Position numbers and translations under genes: made by a program
The notes under the pieces: model-generated
Told to the model about the DNA's origin: nothing
Seen by the model: the letters and a program-made list of their open reading frames with translations, nothing else
Database searches by the model: none
Shown here: positions 39,276-48,797 of the stretch, in pieces
Numbering within the stretch: position 1 is the first letter of the stretch
Layout: each line of letters starts with the position of its first letter
From: an uncultured virus (IMG/VR IMGVR_UViG_3300006620_000021)
Lineage: Duplodnaviria; Heunggongvirae; Uroviricota; Caudoviricetes
IMG/VR virus record: IMGVR_UViG_3300006620_000021
Direction: 5' to 3' (one strand)
DNA length: 64,000 nucleotides

Positions 39276-39986
39276 TCATAGGTTTAGTTGTTCTGCAATG
39301 GCATATGCAGATTGTTTGTTAGTCTCCATACCAGGATGACAACAATCTCTACCATAATCAATTTGTTTTATGTAAGGACAATCAGTCATAAATCGATTTG
39401 ATGGGAATAATGTAAGATCTGCATATGGAATATCATCCCACATTTGCTGAGCACATTGTCTTGTAAAATTTAAATGAGTATATGCATTACTATCAAATCT
39501 TCTCCACGCTTTTCCTAAACCACCAACATCTTCCATCCAGGATCCACAATGCACTGTAGTATCATCTGGCAAAAACAATGTACATCTTGCAGCAGATGTC
39601 CAGGCAAAAACTATACCTGCTGGTTTAGGATATTTCTTTCTTAATATCGAAGAATTATATAAAGAGAACGTAGCACTTGATCCAGGTGCTCCCATATTTA
39701 CTACTGGTCTCTTTATTATAGAACTTAATTGTGCTGCTATAGTCTCATCAAGAGCAGCACCGATCCCAAACACGTATGAACAACCAAATATAACCACAGA
39801 CTCTGCCCAAGGTATGGTATTAAACTCTCTGGTCCTATAATTATGAGAATTGAGTTTATATTGTACTATTTTTTCCCTATACTTCCAATCAGGTGGTTGT
39901 GTCTTTAAATTCTTTTGGTACAACTGCTTCGTATCTTGGTCCATAAATGAACCCGAAGGTTTATCTTCTAATTCTAAAAAGTTCAT
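39276..39986 (-). CDS. SGNH/GDSL-like hydrolase or O-acyltransferase
   Basis: FGCSYVFG (block I), NMGAPGSS (block II) and DCCHPG (DxxH). Confidence 0.7.
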   Translation of the reverse strand: MNFLELEDKPSGSFMDQDTKQLYQKNLKTQPPDWKYREKIVQYKLNSHNYRTREFNTIPWAESVVIFGCSYVFGIGAALDETIAAQLSSIIKRPVVNMGAPGSSATFSLYNSSILRKKYPKPAGIVFAWTSAARCTLFLPDDTTVHCGSWMEDVGGLGKAWRRFDSNAYTHLNFTRQCAQQMWDDIPYADLTLFPSNRFMTDCPYIKQIDYGRDCCHPGMETNKQSAYAIAEQLNL

Positions 39987-41407
39987 GAGAATACCTTTAT
40001 TCCATGTTTCTGTGACCACAGTTCAACATCATATTCATCATTAACAATTGGTTGTCCTTTGATATTTAAACTTGTATTCAAGAGAACAGGATGACCACTA
40101 ACATGCTTCCATCTCATTAACAAATCGTGCAGTTTAGGTGCATCACATTTTCTCACAGTTTGAACTCTACTTGTGTTATCCACATGCACAACACCATGCA
40201 ACAACTCTGGTTGTTTACATTTAATAGCGTATTGCATAAATGGACTTTCTACTAAGTCTTCATGCATATCAAAATACCTAGAAGCATACTCTATAGGAAC
40301 CACTGGGGAGAATGGTCTGTAAGATTGTCGTTCCTTTATATTATTAACTATGTCTTTAATTCCAGGATGCATTGGATCAGCAATCAAACTCCGAGCACCA
40401 AGTGCTCTTGGTCCAAATTCTGCTCTACCTCTTGCTAAACCACATACATGATGATTTTTTAAATGATCGACAATAGTCCTATTCTTCTCCTCATGTGGAA
40501 TCCTATATCCCAAGTATGGAGAGAACTTTATTCTCTTCTGTGTATGTGCCAATACAGCACCAATAGCAGATCCAGCATCTCCTGGAGCAGGCATTATCCA
40601 AACATCATTAAAATAATCGTATGCTTTGATATTTGCTGCACAATTCAAAGCACATCCACCAGTTAATACCAATTTATTACTACCAACCAACTCCCTTGCT
40701 TTTCTCAACGCATTAGAAAACAAAACTCCATATACATGTTGAGTTGCTGCAGCAATATCCTCATCAGACTCTCCTGGTGCCCAATCCATACAACCTTTAT
40801 GAAGATTACGTTTTGCTTGGAAGTCAACACCAATCAGATCAGTCAATATTTTAGATGTAAGTTTACTCCTATCACCATAGGAAGATAATGCCATGAGAAT
40901 ATATTCATCCTCATTTGGTTTTAATCCTATTCTTTGAGTCATGGCAGAGTACCATAGACCAATGCTATTAGGATACTCCAATTTGTATCTTAGATTCAAT
41001 CTATTACCACCAGCTTCCCAAATACTCATGGTGGTAGTCTCACCAATCGCATCAACAACTAAAACAGCACAATTTCTATATGTGCTTGTAAAGTATCCAG
41101 CACAAGCATGAGAGTAATGATGATCAAAAAACTTATGCTTACAATCATAATACTTGGTAAAGTTTTTTATACCCAATCCTTGACCAGAACGTAACTGCCG
41201 TAACTTCTTCTTCCACGGTTTCTCATACCAACAGATAAGATCAGGATGTCCATATTGTAGAGCATGGAATAACAAATAATCGTCAATATTAGGATCATTC
41301 TTTATCCTACTAAATCGTTCACTCTCACTAGCAAACACCAAAGAATCGTTACAAAATACTGCAAGAGCAGCATTGTGACTATTCGATGATATTCCCCATG
41401 TGATCAT
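39983..41407 (-). CDS. Carbamoyltransferase (NodU/CmcH family)
   Basis: HNAA, SERFSR.KND, HHYSHA, GGCALNC, GDAGSAIG, EFGPRALG.RS and LLNTSLN. Confidence 0.93.
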   Translation of the reverse strand: MITWGISSNSHNAALAVFCNDSLVFASESERFSRIKNDPNIDDYLLFHALQYGHPDLICWYEKPWKKKLRQLRSGQGLGIKNFTKYYDCKHKFFDHHYSHACAGYFTSTYRNCAVLVVDAIGETTTMSIWEAGGNRLNLRYKLEYPNSIGLWYSAMTQRIGLKPNEDEYILMALSSYGDRSKLTSKILTDLIGVDFQAKRNLHKGCMDWAPGESDEDIAAATQHVYGVLFSNALRKARELVGSNKLVLTGGCALNCAANIKAYDYFNDVWIMPAPGDAGSAIGAVLAHTQKRIKFSPYLGYRIPHEEKNRTIVDHLKNHHVCGLARGRAEFGPRALGARSLIADPMHPGIKDIVNNIKERQSYRPFSPVVPIEYASRYFDMHEDLVESPFMQYAIKCKQPELLHGVVHVDNTSRVQTVRKCDAPKLHDLLMRWKHVSGHPVLLNTSLNIKGQPIVNDEYDVELWSQKHGIKVFS

Positions 41408-42224
41408 ACTTTTTCTCCCAATAACTAACTGGTAATGTAGGGTCTTCCTTTACGATTGGTGTTTGGTTTGCAGGACACATTGAACAATATGATTCATCCT
41501 CTCTAGACAAAAATTCTTCAAGTTCTGCATCAGTACAGTCAGGTTCTAATGGTTTATATTCTAGATATGGATCCCATTTAGAACTCAAATCATACTTTTT
41601 CTTTTGCATTGGAAGGTACGCTAAAGGTGGACACTTCCAGATTTTATTCTCATGTAGTTGTAAGGCATGCTTTGATATGCATTTATTCCAACTCTCTCTA
41701 GGATTATTATCATCAAAGGGTAGTATATTGCTACCAAATCCCTTATATTGTGGAATCCAGTGCTGATTCGTAAAGTCCCAAAACTCTACCGCAACACCAA
41801 GATCATGTCTCCATGATTTTGCTAATTGATACCCTCTTTTAAACTTCCTAGCGTAATCTTTGTGTTTTGTGCTATGTATCGATATTGCTAAGGTTGTACT
41901 TGTTGCCTTTAAAGCTGTAGGAAGTTGTGGATGATTGTGCAAAAAACTTGCATTTGATACCAAATCAATGCTGGTGTAGGGATCAGGATACATCAACCTA
42001 ATCATGTACACCATATCAACCAAATCTTTATGTAATGTTGGTTCTCCACCAAGTATTACAAATTTTTTTGGTTTAATTCTTCTGCTCCAATTATATAGCC
42101 ACTCTCTAGCATCATCTACCGATATTGTTCCAGAATGACCATGATTAGAATAGTGAGAGCAACCCTGACAACTAAAGTTGCATGTATGAGTCACATGGAA
42201 CTCTAGTTGTTTTGTTGTAAACAT
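41379..42224 (-). CDS. Radical SAM protein
   Basis: CNFSCQGC, GGEPTLH and a C-terminal CSMC. Confidence 0.9.
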   Translation of the reverse strand: MFTTKQLEFHVTHTCNFSCQGCSHYSNHGHSGTISVDDAREWLYNWSRRIKPKKFVILGGEPTLHKDLVDMVYMIRLMYPDPYTSIDLVSNASFLHNHPQLPTALKATSTTLAISIHSTKHKDYARKFKRGYQLAKSWRHDLGVAVEFWDFTNQHWIPQYKGFGSNILPFDDNNPRESWNKCISKHALQLHENKIWKCPPLAYLPMQKKKYDLSSKWDPYLEYKPLEPDCTDAELEEFLSREDESYCSMCPANQTPIVKEDPTLPVSYWEKKYDHMGNIIE

Positions 42225-42745
42225 CTCTCGGTGAAGTAGTTAAAATTGATCAAAATTCTACGATCAGCATCACTACATGTAGATCCAGTATGCTTCAAGT
42301 TTGATGGAAATCTTACCAACCGATTAGTTACACTCTCAACTTTTGTCCCATCTTCAAACAAAGTAAATCCATTGTTAGTATTGATGTAGTAGATTGCAGT
42401 ATTCATGTGTGACATTGAACAGTCAAAATCACAATGAAAACAGTCATCAAAAACTTCCACTTCAGGTGTCCTAACAAGCATGTTTGCCTTTACTCTAGCA
42501 ATAGCAAGTGCTTCTTCCTTCTCAATAATTGGTTGTACTAATGACCATGCAGGACTAATGATTTGATGGCATGAGAACAACTGATGAATATGTTGAAAGT
42601 GACCATCACCTGGTTGACTAACTCCACCATTAAATATCCAACAACACGAATTAGCAATATCTCCTTTGTCATAGTTACCCATGAAGTAACTACACAAACG
42701 GTCATGTTCTACTGGACCCAAATAATCGTCAAATACTTCAATCAA
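42203..42745 (-). CDS. 2OG-Fe(II) oxygenase
   Basis: HCD, TAIYYINTNNG, NRLVRFP...H and RILINFN. Confidence 0.85.
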   Translation of the reverse strand: MIEVFDDYLGPVEHDRLCSYFMGNYDKGDIANSCCWIFNGGVSQPGDGHFQHIHQLFSCHQIISPAWSLVQPIIEKEEALAIARVKANMLVRTPEVEVFDDCFHCDFDCSMSHMNTAIYYINTNNGFTLFEDGTKVESVTNRLVRFPSNLKHTGSTCSDADRRILINFNYFTERCLQQNN

Positions 42746-43292
42746 GATACCCTGTCTCCTCTAACATCTCTACTGCTTCATCAAATGATTTATATAGAAG
42801 TTGCATACAAATGCAACGACGATCAGTTAGTCCAGGTTCTGTAGGAATAACCGAATGTGGTTTTGATACATCAAGCAAATATGCATCACCAGGATGTGCC
42901 ATGAATCTAACAGCCTTCTTTAAATATCCTTCATGAAACACTGCACCATCTGTTTGAGTATCTACACCTTCAGCAACTGCTTCAGGATTAGTGTTTGGAT
43001 AATAAAACTGAGTGATACATCTGTCAGTCCTAATATAAAAATTGATGATTGCTTCAATATCACTATCAGTATGTGGAGGAATTTTATAATTCAACTCCAT
43101 AACGGATAGTGTGCAATTATCACGATCTTTAGCAGGAACCACACGATATAATTCCTCATCATTAGGAGTCATGATATATGAATATTTGATTCCCATAAAA
43201 CCCATGGGTGTATCAATTCCATACTCAATCTTACTACCAGTTTTTTGATAATGATTGATGGTGAATTGCTTATTTAATTTACGATAAAACAT
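42738..43292 (-). CDS. Cupin/2OG-type oxygenase-like protein
   Basis: IPPHTD...YLLDVSKPHSV...R. Confidence 0.65.
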   Translation of the reverse strand: MFYRKLNKQFTINHYQKTGSKIEYGIDTPMGFMGIKYSYIMTPNDEELYRVVPAKDRDNCTLSVMELNYKIPPHTDSDIEAIINFYIRTDRCITQFYYPNTNPEAVAEGVDTQTDGAVFHEGYLKKAVRFMAHPGDAYLLDVSKPHSVIPTEPGLTDRRCICMQLLYKSFDEAVEMLEETGYLD

Positions 43293-43300
43293 AATAACTC

Positions 43301-43777
43301 CTAGATGTAACTATACTCTCTCCACTCATCAACACTTGATTCTGCTAAGTCAATAGCAACTGTGCTATATGGTGCTCTGGGCATCTTCCTCAATTTAAGA
43401 TTCGTTTGTTCAAGCATTTTATCACTCTTCTTGACATTGCAAGAAGAACATGCAACTACTAGGTTATCCCATGAATCTTCTCCACCTTTACTGCGGGGAA
43501 TTACATGATCTATAGTAAGTCTACTTGTCGCTCCACAATACTGACAAGAATTTTTATCTCTCTTGTATATCATACTACGTGTCGGACGATTTGCCATAAA
43601 ACTCCTAATAGGGACCTTTATGTAATTAAGAAGTCTTACTACTCTACCTGACAAAACTTGAACTTTCTCTTTCAGAACAAGAACCACCGCTCTCTTCCAA
43701 TTAGTAAAGTTAATTGGCTCATAACTTGAATTGAGAACCAGAACCGTTTGGTGTGGTTGAATTTTTAAATGCTCCAT
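43301..43777 (-). CDS. HNH endonuclease
   Basis: VLVLNSSYEP, RD..CQYC, TIDHVIPRSKGG and CSSCNVKK. Confidence 0.92.
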   Translation of the reverse strand: MEHLKIQPHQTVLVLNSSYEPINFTNWKRAVVLVLKEKVQVLSGRVVRLLNYIKVPIRSFMANRPTRSMIYKRDKNSCQYCGATSRLTIDHVIPRSKGGEDSWDNLVVACSSCNVKKSDKMLEQTNLKLRKMPRAPYSTVAIDLAESSVDEWREYSYI

Positions 43778-43804
43778 ACAAGTTATTTGTTTAAGGTCAT
43801 TTTA

Positions 43805-44038
43805 TCACTTATACAGGGTCTTTGACAAGTCAAGTTCAAATAGTATCTCTTCAATAGTGCCATGATGTTGAGTGCTTTTACGAAGTATATCCTTCTTTTC
43901 CCTAGACTTTTTCATAGTCGTCAAGAATAAAGGTTCTCTTTGTAAGAGCAACATCTCATCCGCTGTGAGTTTATCAAACTCACCCCTGTTGATCTTATTT
44001 ACTATACTAAAGTATTTAATACGTTCGCTAGAGTTCAT
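43805..44038 (-). CDS. Hypothetical protein
   Basis: 77-aa ORF. Confidence 0.55.
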   Translation of the reverse strand: MNSSERIKYFSIVNKINRGEFDKLTADEMLLLQREPLFLTTMKKSREKKDILRKSTQHHGTIEEILFELDLSKTLYK

Positions 44039-44808
44039 AATTTAGACCCGTGTTTAAAATCAATTACAATGACACATCTATGTGCCTTATTAGCAACAAT
44101 TGGTTGTGGCATGACAGGAGAATGATTGATGTGAGAATGATGTATCAATAGAGAATTAGTATCTCCAGGTAGAATGATCTCTTTGTTATCATTCTCAATT
44201 AAAGTTCCATATATCCTAGAGGGATTGTTGAGATAGAATATCATCCCAAGATCAAAATCCTCATGCTTATGTGTATTTCTATAATTTATATACAATTCTT
44301 TCTCATAATCTTCTTCAGTATTTCCCTTCATCCTCTTCGCCCAGTAAGATGCAATCTTATACTCAAGAATCTTTTTATTATTTGTTAATTTGGCATATCT
44401 GTGAAGATGCTTTTTTATCTCACTAAAGAATATAAACCAACTAACTCTATACTTTAACTTCCTAGCAGACAATCCTTGAGTGACCTCAACACTCCTATCC
44501 CATTTATTCGGAGATCTAAGTTCATCATCAATCTCCTCTTCCAATTCATTTAGAACATGAGGTGTGAATATATTGTAAGCTCTGTAAATTGTATTCCCCA
44601 TAAAAGAGAACGTTTCATAATCTCTTTTATCCTTATAATAATCATCCTCAATATGATCTACAGTCGGACATTCTGTTCCAGTCTCTGCTGGTCGGAATGT
44701 CCTCATGTATTCATCACTAATTATCTCATCAAGACGGGTTTCTGGATCAACACCAAGACGATCTGCAAGTCTTTTAATATAATCTTCTTGTTGTTTAGTA
44801 AGATTCAT
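44035..44808 (-). CDS. 2OG-Fe(II) oxygenase-like protein
   Basis: HKH...MIFYL...NSLLI...H...RCVIVIDF. Confidence 0.65.
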   Translation of the reverse strand: MNLTKQQEDYIKRLADRLGVDPETRLDEIISDEYMRTFRPAETGTECPTVDHIEDDYYKDKRDYETFSFMGNTIYRAYNIFTPHVLNELEEEIDDELRSPNKWDRSVEVTQGLSARKLKYRVSWFIFFSEIKKHLHRYAKLTNNKKILEYKIASYWAKRMKGNTEEDYEKELYINYRNTHKHEDFDLGMIFYLNNPSRIYGTLIENDNKEIILPGDTNSLLIHHSHINHSPVMPQPIVANKAHRCVIVIDFKHGSKL

Positions 44809-45404
44809 AGTCTGATATTACCTGCAAGGACTATTCTGTCCTGGTCATTCTGATTTGTTGGAGCGTAATGCATGAGAGCAGAGGGGAATAAAATCATTGA
44901 TCCCTCTTGCACACCTTCTGGTTCATACTCAAGAACGTTCCCATCCTTCATGCTAGTGAATGGTGCCACAAAAGTTGTAGGTAGATGTTTTTCAGCATCA
45001 TATTCTACAAAGACAACAAAACTTATACCGCCAAATCCATGATTATGAACCGCATGATGTTGACCTTGATTATAGATCTGATACCATGCAGTATCAACTC
45101 TGGGTGTTTTACCTTCAAATCCCAATTCTTTTATTGCCAGATCAATATCTTCAAATAAGATATTTTCAATCAAGTAATGGTATCGAGAATCTTTGTGGTA
45201 GTCAGTCCATTGCTCACCAATATTTTCTATTCTCTTCTCACAATGTTGATCAAAAACATCCAACAGTTGCTCTCTCTTATCTTCCCAATTAGTTATGGAT
45301 AGATGCAAAAAAGGTACAACCCAATCCTTAATAAAGTGATTAGTATCATAGGGAACATACCCTTCTTCAGGATGAGCGTGTTTATTTGGAATAAAATTCT
45401 TCAT
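44805..45404 (-). CDS. Putative 2OG-Fe(II) oxygenase
   Basis: HAVHNH, EGSMILFPSALMH and RIVLAGN. Confidence 0.8.
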   Translation of the reverse strand: MKNFIPNKHAHPEEGYVPYDTNHFIKDWVVPFLHLSITNWEDKREQLLDVFDQHCEKRIENIGEQWTDYHKDSRYHYLIENILFEDIDLAIKELGFEGKTPRVDTAWYQIYNQGQHHAVHNHGFGGISFVVFVEYDAEKHLPTTFVAPFTSMKDGNVLEYEPEGVQEGSMILFPSALMHYAPTNQNDQDRIVLAGNIRL

Positions 45405-45567
45405 TACGACGGCGATCAAGGTATTCGATAATTTCAGCTCTCCATTCTAACAGTTCATGATAACAGTGCTGATCATGTGCGTCTTGGCGCAATTCATGGT
45501 CTGGTTTTAATACACTCTCGTAGAAGATGTAGAATGCATCCTTACGTTTTTCATGTTTAGTGTCCAT
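45382..45567 (-). CDS. Conserved hypothetical protein
   Basis: FYESVLKPDHELRQDAH. Confidence 0.7.
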   Translation of the reverse strand: MDTKHEKRKDAFYIFYESVLKPDHELRQDAHDQHCYHELLEWRAEIIEYLDRRRNEEFYSK

Positions 45568-46057
45568 GTTGCTCCTGCATACGTTTTAATCCACCAACCA
45601 AAACTCTTTTTGATCGTGAATACTCTGATTGATGAATAATGTCCGAAGAAAATAATAACACTTTACCTTTGTCTGGTTTTACCCTACAAGGTTCAGATAA
45701 CTTTAAGATGGTGTGCCCATCATTGCAGTCATTCAAATAAAGAATAAAACTAAAATCTTCGTTATGATCATGTTTATGTGGCGTCATAACCCCACCATTA
45801 GAATAATCTACCATATGTAAGTAATAATATTCTAACTTACATTCAGTACATAATTCAACATTTTCTTTAAGTTTGCCAATATAGTTATAAAACTTATCAC
45901 TATGATGTAAATCGAGAAGATTTAATGTGGCAAAACATGATTCACTTAAAGAACTGTTTTTATAGTCCTTGCATATTTCTGGTCTTGCTAAAGAGACCTT
46001 TAAAAGTAAGGTCATATATTCAACAAGATCATCAGTTGTAAAAAACTCTTCTACCAT
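45557..46057 (-). CDS. 2OG-Fe(II) oxygenase
   Basis: HKHD, SFILYLN, FSS.I.H and KRVLVG. Confidence 0.75.
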   Translation of the reverse strand: MVEEFFTTDDLVEYMTLLLKVSLARPEICKDYKNSSLSESCFATLNLLDLHHSDKFYNYIGKLKENVELCTECKLEYYYLHMVDYSNGGVMTPHKHDHNEDFSFILYLNDCNDGHTILKLSEPCRVKPDKGKVLLFSSDIIHQSEYSRSKRVLVGGLKRMQEQHGH

Positions 46058-46278
46058 TACACAAGAAATTGATCGTCCCCATACACTGATCTATACTTCT
46101 CAATTAGAGAGTCTCGCATATCATGATATGGTGTGATATCAATATCATACTCATCACCATAATTCCACTGATCAGTACTTCTGATTGCGGCAATCGCTGC
46201 CTGAATCATAGTCTTCAATCCTTCCTTATCACAAGTGATACTTACCAGAGTATCAGGATGTGGATCGGCGTTCATCAT
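46057..46278 (-). CDS. Hypothetical protein
   Basis: 73-aa ORF. Confidence 0.55.
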   Translation of the reverse strand: MMNADPHPDTLVSITCDKEGLKTMIQAAIAAIRSTDQWNYGDEYDIDITPYHDMRDSLIEKYRSVYGDDQFLV

Positions 46279-46466
46279 TTTTCAATCCTCCAATTAGAAT
46301 CATTATGTTTATTAACACTAAACTTATGTTTAGTGATGGATTCGACATGATACTGACTAGTATCTTCACCATGAATTCTGCAAGAATGAAGATGGTTCAT
46401 GTCCAGTTCAAAAAAGATACGGGCGTTAGGACTAATAGGCGAAACGTAGATAAACTTTGATTTCAT
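46275..46466 (-). CDS. Hypothetical protein (paralog of 14299-14535)
   Basis: YVSPISPNARIFF...ND.NW. Confidence 0.6.
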   Translation of the reverse strand: MKSKFIYVSPISPNARIFFELDMNHLHSCRIHGEDTSQYHVESITKHKFSVNKHNDSNWRIEK

Positions 46467-46685
46467 TGTACGAAAACAGTACCCCTCCTTGATTGTGTGC
46501 TGTGTTTTTTAATGAAGTTACGTGCAGACTTCTCATTCTGACACGTCTTCAGTATCTGACCATTATAGCAGATAACTAAAGATTTGCGACCTGCAAGTGG
46601 AATAGCAGCATAACCATCCTTAGTTACAAATCCATCTTTAGTATGTTTGTAGAAGTTGTAAACTTCCCTCAATTCTTTTTCCATA
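46463..46685 (-). CDS. Hypothetical protein
   Basis: GFVTKDGYAAIP...SARNFI; start approximate. Confidence 0.6.
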
Positions 46686-47123
46686 CTAGTCCTCACAAAA
46701 ACTACAAGTGATTCTAGGTTCAAGGTGAACCGCACTATGAGGAGTTCCTTTATCGATATAAAGGGCATCCCCTGGTAAAAGAATAACCTCTTCTATTGTA
46801 CCATCATTGTCAAGCAAATACTTAATTCTACCCATTGATGCAACAATTAAAACATCATCAGCATCTTCATGCCACCCACCAGTCTCTCCATCATTTACTC
46901 TACTGTAATATATGTGGAACACACCATAACCAATCCTCTTCATTTGAATAAGAATGTTTTGTAGAAGACCTGGTTCAGAATATCCACAATTCACAAGTAA
47001 ACTTGTGTCTCCCCTATCTTCATAAGTTCCTTCCGCGTCTTCTATTTCTTTTTGCCTATCAACATGATCCCATCGAATTCCCTTCAAAAATGGATATGCT
47101 TTACGCTCAACCGAATAACTCAT
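46686..47123 (-). CDS. JmjC/cupin-like protein
   Basis: WHEDADDV...LLPGDALYI.KG.PH...RIT. Confidence 0.75.
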   Translation of the reverse strand: MSYSVERKAYPFLKGIRWDHVDRQKEIEDAEGTYEDRGDTSLLVNCGYSEPGLLQNILIQMKRIGYGVFHIYYSRVNDGETGGWHEDADDVLIVASMGRIKYLLDNDGTIEEVILLPGDALYIDKGTPHSAVHLEPRITCSFCED

Positions 47124-48367
47124 CGTTTTACCGTACTAATTGCTGGTTGTCCCTCTACGAACACTGTATTTACTACATCCTGCAGACGCTTGACTGTAGA
47201 GATTCCAACATTGCTGTAGACAGGAACATGGACAAGTCCAAAGGACTTCTTGTAATCTTCAAGTTTACCTGGTGTAAGTTGTCCTTGCTGTATTCTCTTT
47301 ACATCATCAAGATGTAAACGGAGAACGCGACCGACAGACTGACACATCTCAATAACATTCATCTGACGCATCAGAACCAATGAGGTGAGACCAGGAACAG
47401 AGATACCCTCACTCAAAATAGAATAATGAATAACAATAAACTTTTTGTCAGGTTGATCACCATACTCACGAACAAGGGAGAAGAACTTCTCACGACTAAT
47501 TTTGTTATAGTTGTGGAATGCACCCTGCCTACTAGTTATCCATAAAATATCATATCCCATCTCCCTTGCCTCTTGAAGGAAGGTGGTTTTGATAATCATG
47601 TTGCCCAACACCGTAGTGTTAGGAGCAGCAATCAGGACCTTCTGCATATGATCTTCATTCCGAAGAGTCCTCAATAGAGTCATACAATCACGTTGTGCTG
47701 CTTCCTCAACACTCTTCTCACGAACAGCAGCAATAGGAATAGCGTTGATCTTAGGAGGAAGGATAGAACCGTTCTTAATCAAGCGTGGTGCAGGAACATT
47801 GTAGATGATCCCACCAAACACACTGTCATTCATCCCATGTTTTTTAGTAGTGGCAGAATACTTAGGAGTAGCAGTGAAGAAATAGCAGCGGCGAGAAGCA
47901 GCAGCGTAATGCCTGGTAGCACCAAAGAAATTCTTTTTAACCGAATTGTGCGCTTCATCGAAATAGATGCAGTCCACAACTATTTTAGATTCTTGGATAC
48001 GATGAAGCGAATGATACGTAGTAAAAATTAGCTTATGGCAGGTTGTGTGATAATCCCACTTACTAATCATGCTGGGATCAGTGGTGCAATGGTATGGAAG
48101 ATCATGACCACCAGAATGGACGTGAAGGACAGCAGCATTCTTAATGTGCTGAGTAAACTCTTTAGACAGTTGACGAGCAAGCAAGAGGCGAGGAGCAACC
48201 ACAACAATAGTCTTGCAACCCTCCATCTTGTTCATCTCACGCATTGCATCAGCAATCGCAATAAAGGTCTTACCACCACCAGTAGGAACCACCACAGTAC
48301 CTTTGGACTTCATGTCCATGACATCAAGTGCTTCTGCCTGGTGCGGACGAAGTTGCATTGAACTCAT
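47120..48367 (-). CDS. SF2 DEAH helicase (type III Res-like)
   Basis: LRPHQ, PTGGGKT, DEAH, TATP, ILSEGI and QSVGRVLR. Confidence 0.9.
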   Translation of the reverse strand: MSSMQLRPHQAEALDVMDMKSKGTVVVPTGGGKTFIAIADAMREMNKMEGCKTIVVVAPRLLLARQLSKEFTQHIKNAAVLHVHSGGHDLPYHCTTDPSMISKWDYHTTCHKLIFTTYHSLHRIQESKIVVDCIYFDEAHNSVKKNFFGATRHYAAASRRCYFFTATPKYSATTKKHGMNDSVFGGIIYNVPAPRLIKNGSILPPKINAIPIAAVREKSVEEAAQRDCMTLLRTLRNEDHMQKVLIAAPNTTVLGNMIIKTTFLQEAREMGYDILWITSRQGAFHNYNKISREKFFSLVREYGDQPDKKFIVIHYSILSEGISVPGLTSLVLMRQMNVIEMCQSVGRVLRLHLDDVKRIQQGQLTPGKLEDYKKSFGLVHVPVYSNVGISTVKRLQDVVNTVFVEGQPAISTVKR

Positions 48368-48380
48368 GTGAATACGAATA

Positions 48381-48797
48381 TTATACCAGGAATTGATCTA
48401 CCGTGACGGGTCCTGTAGTTCCATCAAATCTGTAATGATACTGAAGTGCATCTGCACAGACAAAATGTGGGTGATCTGCAGGGATGTCAAGTCTCCTACA
48501 CATCTCTTTGTGATTGTCTTCCATCAACTCCACAGCATACAGCATATTGTTGATGATGTGATCTTTGCTGTGATATTCCTGCAGTGCCTCACATAAACAA
48601 ACAATGAAGTTACCACTGCCAGCACAATTATCCATGAACTTAGAGTCAGGATCCTTCAGTTGTGATGCAGGTATCTCCCGAATCATCTGTTCAATTAAAG
48701 CAATAGGAGTAAAGACCTCCTGTGTTTGCTTAATCCTCTCATCAGAGCGTTCAATGGTAGACCCATGCTGCTGATTGTGACGATTCTTAGATGACAT
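48381..48797 (-). CDS. Methyltransferase SAM-binding half (no catalytic motif IV)
   Basis: EVFTP (motif X), FMDNCAGSGNF (motif I), YAVEL and CADAL; no NPPY/DPPY. Confidence 0.8.
   Translation of the reverse strand: MSSKNRHNQQHGSTIERSDERIKQTQEVFTPIALIEQMIREIPASQLKDPDSKFMDNCAGSGNFIVCLCEALQEYHSKDHIINNMLYAVELMEDNHKEMCRRLDIPADHPHFVCADALQYHYRFDGTTGPVTVDQFLV

Noticed and set aside
43301..43777. HNH as an intron-encoded homing endonuclease
   Set aside because: No interrupted host gene or group I intron features flank it; it appears free-standing
48787..48797. Second frameshift fusing the NPPY ORF to the SAM-binding ORF
   Set aside because: No slippery heptamer or stimulator is visible; an ordinary overlapping ATG explains it
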